Origin: Desulfobulbus sp. Tol-SR
GTDB lineage: Bacteria > Desulfobacterota > Desulfobulbia > Desulfobulbales > Desulfocapsaceae
Direction of reading: 5' to 3'
NCBI GenBank assembly: GCA_000769715.1
Contig: JROS01000011.1
Location: forward strand, 2,877-66,876
DNA: 64,000 bases
The position numbers were made by a program, and so were the translations under genes. The notes under the pieces were generated by a model, which was given only the letters and a program-made list of their open reading frames with translations, made no database searches and was not told the origin of the DNA. Position 1 is the stretch's first letter; every line of letters starts with the position of its first letter. Positions 58,263-64,000 of this stretch are shown one piece after another.

Positions 58263-60728
58263 TTGGGAGGCATCCAGCCGGGTGATTCGATGACTGCCAG
58301 GTCGCGACGTATTTCCCTGTCTTCGGCGCCGTTTTACGCCTCCCTGGTCGTTATTTTCTCGCTTGGCCTGTTCACCGGCACGTTCTGGGCCTTCAACGAG
58401 TATCAGGCCTACCAGGAGAGCATCAGCTATATCCGCAACAACTACCAGAAACAGTACCGGGACCGGTTGCAGGAAGAAATCGGCGGGGTGATGGACTTCA
58501 TCCAGTACAAGCGCTCCCAGACCGATATCCTGATCGAGAACGAGATTCGCCAGAAGGTCCAGACCGCGTATACGACGGCATCCCATATCTACAGCCAGTA
58601 CAAGGATGAGAAGAGTATCGATGATCTCCGGGTGATGGTGCTGGAAATCCTCCGTCCCATCCGGTGGAACAACGAGCGCGGGTACTATTTCGCCGGCAGG
58701 GTCGAGGATCAGGTCATCGATCTCTTCGCCGACGACCCCTACTTCGAAGGCAAGAGCAGGGCTCGGTTCGAGAAAGAGACAGGGATCGATGTCATCGGCG
58801 ATATTATCAAGATTATCGAAGAAAAAGGCGCCGGGTTGTATCGCTATAACTGGGCGAAGCCGGAATACATTGGTTCAAGCTACCAAAAGGTGTCTTTCGT
58901 TAAATATTTCAAGCCGTTCGACTGGTTCATCGGTGCCGGGATCTATATCGATGACATGGAGAAGCTGATCCAGGAGGACGTCCTGGCCCAGGTGCAGAAG
59001 ATGCATTTCGGACGGGATGGGGAGGTCTTCGGTTTTCGCAACGACGGAACCATCATCTGCAACCGTGACGAACGATTGATCGGCCGCTCGATCAAGGACC
59101 TGACAGGGGACAAGGGAGAGCCTTTCGGTGAGCAGATGTGGAAGGCCGGCATCAGCAGCGACCACGAGGATTACGTCAGTTATGCCGTACTGCGGCCGGC
59201 TGAGGGGAAGGTGTACCAAAAAATGAGCTATGTAAAGGCGTTCAAGGAATGGGGCTGGGTCTTTGTGGCCAGTATGAACATGGATGAGATGGAGAAGGCC
59301 ATCATCGATGAAACCAGGACCTATATCCGCATCGCCTTCAAGAATGCCTTTCTCTTTGTCCTGCTGTTCATTGTGGCGGTTTCGCTCTTGTTGCTGATCG
59401 CCTATTTTTATTCGCTGAAGATCAAGCAGGGTATCAGCCTTTTTACCAATTTTTTTCGGGAGGCGGCGGATTCGAAGGTGAAGATCGAAAAAACCGATCT
59501 GGCCTTCGCCGAATTTGAAGATCTCGGCAACCTGGCGAATCGGATGATCGATGATCGCATCCAGAAGGAATTCCTCCTCCATCGTGACGAACTCCGGCTC
59601 GATACCCTGCTGCGCCTGGGGATGATGGAAAAATATTCCCTGCAGGAGAAATATGATTTCATCATGCAGCGGATCGTCCAGATCACCCGGAGCGAGGCAG
59701 GCTACATGGCGCTGGTCAATACCGGCCAGACCCAGCTGTCCCTGTGCAGTTTCTTCTCGAAAAACCCGCAGCGGCCGGAGGCAGCGGGATCTTGCCGGCT
59801 CAATGAATCGAGGCGGGTTGAAGATGGCGGCCTGCCCGGCGATGCGGTGATGCAGAAGAAGGCGATTATCAACAATGCCTTCGTGGAGGGCGACAATGGA
59901 GTGATCTACCCCTATCAGCTGCAGGTCCGGCGCCATCTCGATGTGCCGATATACAACAGTGGCAAGATTGTCATAGTCGCCGGGGTCTGCAACAACAGTT
60001 CGGATTACGACAATTCGGACCTCAGGCAGATGGCGATGCTGCTGGAGGGCATGTGGCTGCACGTCCTGAAGACTTCCTCGGAGATCGAGATGGCTCGGCT
60101 GGAACGGCAGATCATGGCCGTCAGTCTCGAGGAGAGAAGCAAGGTCGGGCGGGATCTGCATGACGATCTGGGCTCCCATCTCAGCGGCGTCGAGATGCTG
60201 GCCAAGGTTCTGCAGAAGAAGCTCGAGGCCGACGCGCCGGACAAGGCCAGGCAACTCCAGCGCATCCGCAACCTGATCCAGGAGGCGATCGAGAAAACCC
60301 GGCGCCTGGCCCGTGGCCTGTATCCGGTTCATATCATCGAGCAGGGGCTTGAGGCGGCGATCGAGGAGTTGATTGTCGAGGTCGAAGGTCTGTTCTATGT
60401 CGAGTGCACGCTGTCGTTCAACAGCGTGAAAGAGGCAATCGACAACAACGAGGCGACCCATATCTATTACATCATTCGCGAGGCGGTATTCAACGCCGCC
60501 CGGCATGGCAAGGCCAAGAATATCATGATTACGATTTCCAAGGGTGCCAGTCACCTGGACGTAACCATCACCGACGATGGAGACGGGATAGCCGAGGCCG
60601 TCCAGCACCAGGGGATGGGCCTGCATACGATGAAGTACCGGGCAAAGGCTATCGGTGCCTCGCTGTCGATCACCCCTGGCGAACATGGCGGGACCATTGT
60701 GGCCCTGTCCGGTGAGACCCAGGGATAA
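58263..60728 (+). CDS. Sensor histidine kinase: TM, tandem Cache-like periplasmic domains, TM, GAF, HisKA_3, HATPase
   Basis: 821 aa (ATG alternative at 58290). It has Cache signatures (YRYNWAKPE...DWFIGAGIYIDD), the H-box GRDLHDDLGSHL and the ATPase motifs DDGDGI and GMGLHTM. Confidence 0.9.
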   Translation: MGGIQPGDSMTARSRRISLSSAPFYASLVVIFSLGLFTGTFWAFNEYQAYQESISYIRNNYQKQYRDRLQEEIGGVMDFIQYKRSQTDILIENEIRQKVQTAYTTASHIYSQYKDEKSIDDLRVMVLEILRPIRWNNERGYYFAGRVEDQVIDLFADDPYFEGKSRARFEKETGIDVIGDIIKIIEEKGAGLYRYNWAKPEYIGSSYQKVSFVKYFKPFDWFIGAGIYIDDMEKLIQEDVLAQVQKMHFGRDGEVFGFRNDGTIICNRDERLIGRSIKDLTGDKGEPFGEQMWKAGISSDHEDYVSYAVLRPAEGKVYQKMSYVKAFKEWGWVFVASMNMDEMEKAIIDETRTYIRIAFKNAFLFVLLFIVAVSLLLLIAYFYSLKIKQGISLFTNFFREAADSKVKIEKTDLAFAEFEDLGNLANRMIDDRIQKEFLLHRDELRLDTLLRLGMMEKYSLQEKYDFIMQRIVQITRSEAGYMALVNTGQTQLSLCSFFSKNPQRPEAAGSCRLNESRRVEDGGLPGDAVMQKKAIINNAFVEGDNGVIYPYQLQVRRHLDVPIYNSGKIVIVAGVCNNSSDYDNSDLRQMAMLLEGMWLHVLKTSSEIEMARLERQIMAVSLEERSKVGRDLHDDLGSHLSGVEMLAKVLQKKLEADAPDKARQLQRIRNLIQEAIEKTRRLARGLYPVHIIEQGLEAAIEELIVEVEGLFYVECTLSFNSVKEAIDNNEATHIYYIIREAVFNAARHGKAKNIMITISKGASHLDVTITDDGDGIAEAVQHQGMGLHTMKYRAKAIGASLSITPGEHGGTIVALSGETQG

Positions 60729-60832
60729 AAGAATTTCTGGCGAAGTCGACTGCGGATGATATTCGTATGGCGGCCGAGTGAACTTGAAGGGTATCGGCTA
60801 CCGCCGATGGACCGTGTGTATGAGGGCTACGA

Positions 60833-61525
60833 ATGGCTAAGATATTGATTGTCGACGATCATCCGGTTTTTCGAATGGGGATGGAGGAATTGTTGAACCA
60901 GGAGGAGGACTTTACCGTCTGCGGGGTGGCCGAGGATATCCGGTCGGCAAGAAGGGAACTGATCGAAAAGAAACCGGATCTGGCAATCATCGATATCTCG
61001 CTGGCGCAGGAAAATGGCCTCGATCTGGTCAAGGAGATCGCCAGCGGGCACCATTGCGTACTGGTCCTCGTTCTCTCCATGCACGATGAGTCGGTCTGGG
61101 CCGAACGGGCCATTCGCGCCGGGGCCCGAGGCTATGTCATGAAAAAGGAGGCCTCGGAGTCGATCATTGTCGCGATCCGTAATATTCTCAAAGGGAAAAT
61201 ACACGTCAGTGCCAACATGATGTCGCATCTGCTTGACAAATTCCAGGTCAATCCCGATTTCCAGAGCGGTCAGTCGGAAGAGGTGCTCACCGACAGGGAA
61301 CTCGAGGTGTTCCGGCTCATCGGCCATGGTCTGTCGACCCGGGCCATTGCCGACCAGATGAAACTCAGCATCAAGACCATCGGGACGTACCGAGACCGGA
61401 TCAAACAGAAGCTGTGCCTGAAGAGTGCCGTGGAATTGACAAGGCGAGCGGTGCTGTGGACGGAAAAGGAGAATTTCAGTAAGAACTCTCTCGATAACGT
61501 AAGAGAAACACCTACAGAAACGTAA
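60833..61525 (+). CDS. NarL/LuxR-family response regulator
   Basis: 230 aa with a receiver (ILIVDDHP, DLAIIDISL) and a LuxR HTH (LTDRELEVFRLIGHGLSTRAIADQM). Confidence 0.9.
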   Translation: MAKILIVDDHPVFRMGMEELLNQEEDFTVCGVAEDIRSARRELIEKKPDLAIIDISLAQENGLDLVKEIASGHHCVLVLVLSMHDESVWAERAIRAGARGYVMKKEASESIIVAIRNILKGKIHVSANMMSHLLDKFQVNPDFQSGQSEEVLTDRELEVFRLIGHGLSTRAIADQMKLSIKTIGTYRDRIKQKLCLKSAVELTRRAVLWTEKENFSKNSLDNVRETPTET

Positions 61526-61603
61526 TTTTTTGACCTACGGCAAAATAGGGTCTTCCCTGATTCATTTCATTTACAATTCAAGTACAATAGTCTCGGTTCA
61601 ACA

Positions 61604-61650
61604 GGAAGCCGTCTCCACCCGTCTGCCAGGGGGCGGCTTCCTTTTTTTTT
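61604..61650 (+). terminator. Rho-independent terminator
   Basis: GGAAGCCG (61604-61611) pairs with CGGCTTCC (61634-61641), followed by T9 (61642-61650). Confidence 0.7.
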
Positions 61651-61740
61651 GCCTGGAGGTGAAAAAAGTGTGTTCCTCTCGGTGGCAGAAAAAAATGATC
61701 AATCGCATGAAACAGCTTCAGTTCGTTGAAAAGGGGAGAT

Positions 61741-62400
61741 ATGACGCCAATCGTCACCTTTATCGGCTGGCATGACAGCGGCAAAACCACGCTGGCAAGT
61801 CAGGTTGTCAGTCATTTGAAAACGATGGGATATCGTGTCGCGGTCATCAAATCCAGCAAGGAATCAGGCGTCGTTTTCGATACCCCGGGGACGGACACAG
61901 CCAAGCATACGATGGCCGGGGCCGACTCGGTGATGTTCGTCGGACCGGACAAGATGGTGCTGCAGGCCGCAAACGATAACCTTCCTCTGCTGGCGCTGGC
62001 ATACCGGTATTTTCCCGATGTTGATATCGTTATCGGCGAAGGATTCAAGGATGCACGAAAGGTTGCCAAGATAGAGGTGCTGCGGGACCGCGAGCGGATG
62101 CTGCGCAAAAAGGTGAATGGTGTTGTCGCGGTCGCCACGGACCTGGAAGATGTGGAGGGAGAAAACGTCTTCCGTTTGGATCAGAGCCTGGAACTGGCGC
62201 AGTTCCTTGAGAAGCGGTTTCTCCTGGGACATCGCAACGGTCAGGAAAGGACAATTCTCTTCATCAATGGCAGAAGGATACCGTTGAAGAATTTCGTCCA
62301 GGAAGTCCTGGCCAGCACTGTCCACGGCTTTGTCGGATCGCTGAAATGCGCCGACCAGATCGAAGAGATTGATATCCGGATCCGCCTGCCGAAGGCTTGA
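61741..62400 (+). CDS. mobB: Molybdopterin-guanine dinucleotide biosynthesis adaptor MobB with a C-terminal extension
   Basis: ATG 61741 follows AAGGGGAG. It has GWHDSGKTT Walker A and DIVIGEGFK, and is about 50 aa longer than a minimal MobB. Confidence 0.8.
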   Translation: MTPIVTFIGWHDSGKTTLASQVVSHLKTMGYRVAVIKSSKESGVVFDTPGTDTAKHTMAGADSVMFVGPDKMVLQAANDNLPLLALAYRYFPDVDIVIGEGFKDARKVAKIEVLRDRERMLRKKVNGVVAVATDLEDVEGENVFRLDQSLELAQFLEKRFLLGHRNGQERTILFINGRRIPLKNFVQEVLASTVHGFVGSLKCADQIEEIDIRIRLPKA

Positions 62401-62416
62401 ATCGCTGCTGTCTCCA

Positions 62417-63694
62417 TCAAAATCGATTTTCGAAATACGGCTTCAGGACTTCGGGCAGGGTAATGCTGCCGTTCTCCTGCTGATAACTCTCAAGAATTGC
62501 CAGCAGCGTCCTGCCGATAGCCAGGCCTGATCCGTTCAGTGTATGTACCAGCCCGCTCTTCTTCTGCCCGTCCGGGCGATAGCGGATTGATCCCCGCCGC
62601 GCCTGGAAGTCGAGAAAGTTCGAGCATGACGAGATCTCCCGGTACGTCTGCTGGCCCGGCAACCAGACCTCGATGTCGTAGGTCTTGGCTGAAGAAAATC
62701 CAAGATCGCCGGAACACAGGCTGACCACCCGGTAATGGAGCCCGAGCAGTTGCAGGACTTCCTCGGCATCGTTGAGAAGCTTTTCCAGTTCCGGCATCGA
62801 TGTGTCGGGGGTGGTGAACTTCACCAGCTCGACCTTGTCGAACTGATGCTGGCGGATCAGGCCGCGGGTATCACGGCCGTAGGAGCCGGCCTCGGAGCGG
62901 AAGCATGGGGTGTAGGCGGTGTAGTAGAGCGGCAGGTCCCGTTCCTCGAGCGTTTCATCCCGGTGGATGTTGGTGACCGGCACCTCCGCCGTCGGGATCA
63001 GATAGAGATCCCAGTTGTCGATCTTGAACAGGTCTTCGGCGAATTTCGGCAGCTGCCCGGTCGCCGTCAGCGAGGCGGTGTTGGCCATGAAGGGCGGAAG
63101 GACCTCGGTATATCCATGCCGTTGGGTGTGGAGGTCGAGCATGAAGTTGATCAGCGCCCGCTCGAGACGTGAGGCGAAACCGGTCAGCAGGGCGAAGCGG
63201 GCCCCGGCCAGTTTGGCCGCCCGGTCGAAATCGAGAATCCCCAGTTGTTCGCCAAGTTCCCAGTGCGGTTTCGGAGTGAAGCAGAAGGCGGGTTTCGTTC
63301 CCCAGGTCCTGATCTCGACATTGTCGCTCTCGTTGCGGCCGATCGGCACACTGTCGTCACAGAGGTTGGGGATCGCCATCACGATGTTCTGCAACTGCTC
63401 TTCGATCAGGGCCAGTTCCTGGTCGAGATCCTTGATTCGCTGGTTGGCGTCGCGCATTTCCACGATGAGGGCGTCGGCCTGCGCCGCGCCGTCTCCCTGC
63501 TCCCTTTTCAGCACCGAGATTTCTTTGGAGACCGTGTTGCGGCGGTTTTTCAGCCCTTCGACCTCGGCCAGGAATGTCAGTCGACGCTGATCGAGGTCGG
63601 CGAATTGCTCCAGCATATCGGGCGCCTGTCCGCGACGCGCCGTCTTCTCCTTGACCAGATCGAGATTTTCCCGTATGAATCGCAATTCGAGCAT
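62417..63694 (-). CDS. serS: Seryl-tRNA synthetase
   Basis: 425 aa with an N-terminal coiled-coil arm and class II motifs ([17 protein letters not shown]). Confidence 0.95.
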   Translation of the reverse strand: MLELRFIRENLDLVKEKTARRGQAPDMLEQFADLDQRRLTFLAEVEGLKNRRNTVSKEISVLKREQGDGAAQADALIVEMRDANQRIKDLDQELALIEEQLQNIVMAIPNLCDDSVPIGRNESDNVEIRTWGTKPAFCFTPKPHWELGEQLGILDFDRAAKLAGARFALLTGFASRLERALINFMLDLHTQRHGYTEVLPPFMANTASLTATGQLPKFAEDLFKIDNWDLYLIPTAEVPVTNIHRDETLEERDLPLYYTAYTPCFRSEAGSYGRDTRGLIRQHQFDKVELVKFTTPDTSMPELEKLLNDAEEVLQLLGLHYRVVSLCSGDLGFSSAKTYDIEVWLPGQQTYREISSCSNFLDFQARRGSIRYRPDGQKKSGLVHTLNGSGLAIGRTLLAILESYQQENGSITLPEVLKPYFENRF

Positions 63695-63865
63695 GGCTGT
63701 ATATTTGGGTATGGGTAAATGGTTCGGAGTAGAGGGTTGTTTTTCCCTCCCTGTTTATCATGGCCGGGTGCTGAACGCAACCTCTATCAAATTGCATTTC
63801 CGATCTGTATTTGCTATCCTATAAGGCTCAGCGCCCATTTTTTCTTTCTGAAGAGCCGCACATTC

Positions 63866-64000
63866 ATGGCCCATACAAGCACTCTCGTCATCATTCTGCT
63901 CGAACTCCGTCGGACGATCAGGACACTCATTCTGACGACCTTCGGGCTGACGCTGGCTATTTTCATCCTGTCGCCTCGTCTGCTTGATATAGTCCAGTCC
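63866..64000 (+). CDS. tatC: Start of a membrane protein, possibly TatC (partial)
   Basis: MAHTSTLVIILLELRRTIRTLILTTFGL... resembles the TatC N-terminus (HL.ELR.R). It runs off the window. Confidence 0.45.
   Translation, partial: MAHTSTLVIILLELRRTIRTLILTTFGLTLAIFILSPRLLDIVQS

Overview
Dense chromosomal segment of 64 kb at roughly 60% GC, with about 60 protein-coding genes on both strands. I found no rRNA, tRNA, CRISPR array, IS element or prophage. The gene content includes several sigma-54 enhancer-binding proteins, a NifX-like/MinD-ferredoxin/IscU-like cluster, FdhD and MobB, and a DHH-CBS-polyA-polymerase fusion. This suggests an anaerobic Desulfobacterota-type (deltaproteobacterial) genome; that is inference from gene content only.

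Gene order along the window:
- Fatty-acid block: thioesterase, a frameshifted FadL-family porin, a radical-SAM gene, fadH.
- Two tandem zinc-ribbon/coiled-coil paralogs behind a HEAT-repeat gene and a small membrane gene.
- A heterodimeric ABC exporter pair.
- YbbA/YbbP-like ABC genes, crcB-DUF190, an MFS gene and a TesA-like esterase.
- A PAS sigma-54 activator followed by a textbook sigma-54 promoter driving an eight-gene NifX-like/DUF5320/MinD-ferredoxin/IscU-like cluster.
- A group II PLP decarboxylase.
- A second sigma-54 regulator divergent from citrate synthase, a SET-domain protein and a LysA-like PLP enzyme.
- Housekeeping and miscellaneous genes: SF2 helicase, typA, Nudix, glgX, dacC-like, acyl-CoA ligase, M50 protease, xerD, rpsU, glcD-like, ddl, fdhD, a Cache/GAF histidine kinase with a NarL regulator, mobB, serS, and the start of tatC.

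The most interesting candidates for poorly described biology are:
1. The sigma-54-controlled citrate synthase / SET-domain / LysA-like module, in which the LysA-like protein has Asn in place of the catalytic Cys.
2. The sigma-54-controlled NifX-like / MinD-ferredoxin / DUF5320 / IscU-like operon, in a window with no nitrogenase genes.
3. The tandem Cys-rich zinc-ribbon/coiled-coil paralogs.

Many long ORFs in the supplied track are antisense or out-of-frame artefacts of high GC and were rejected.
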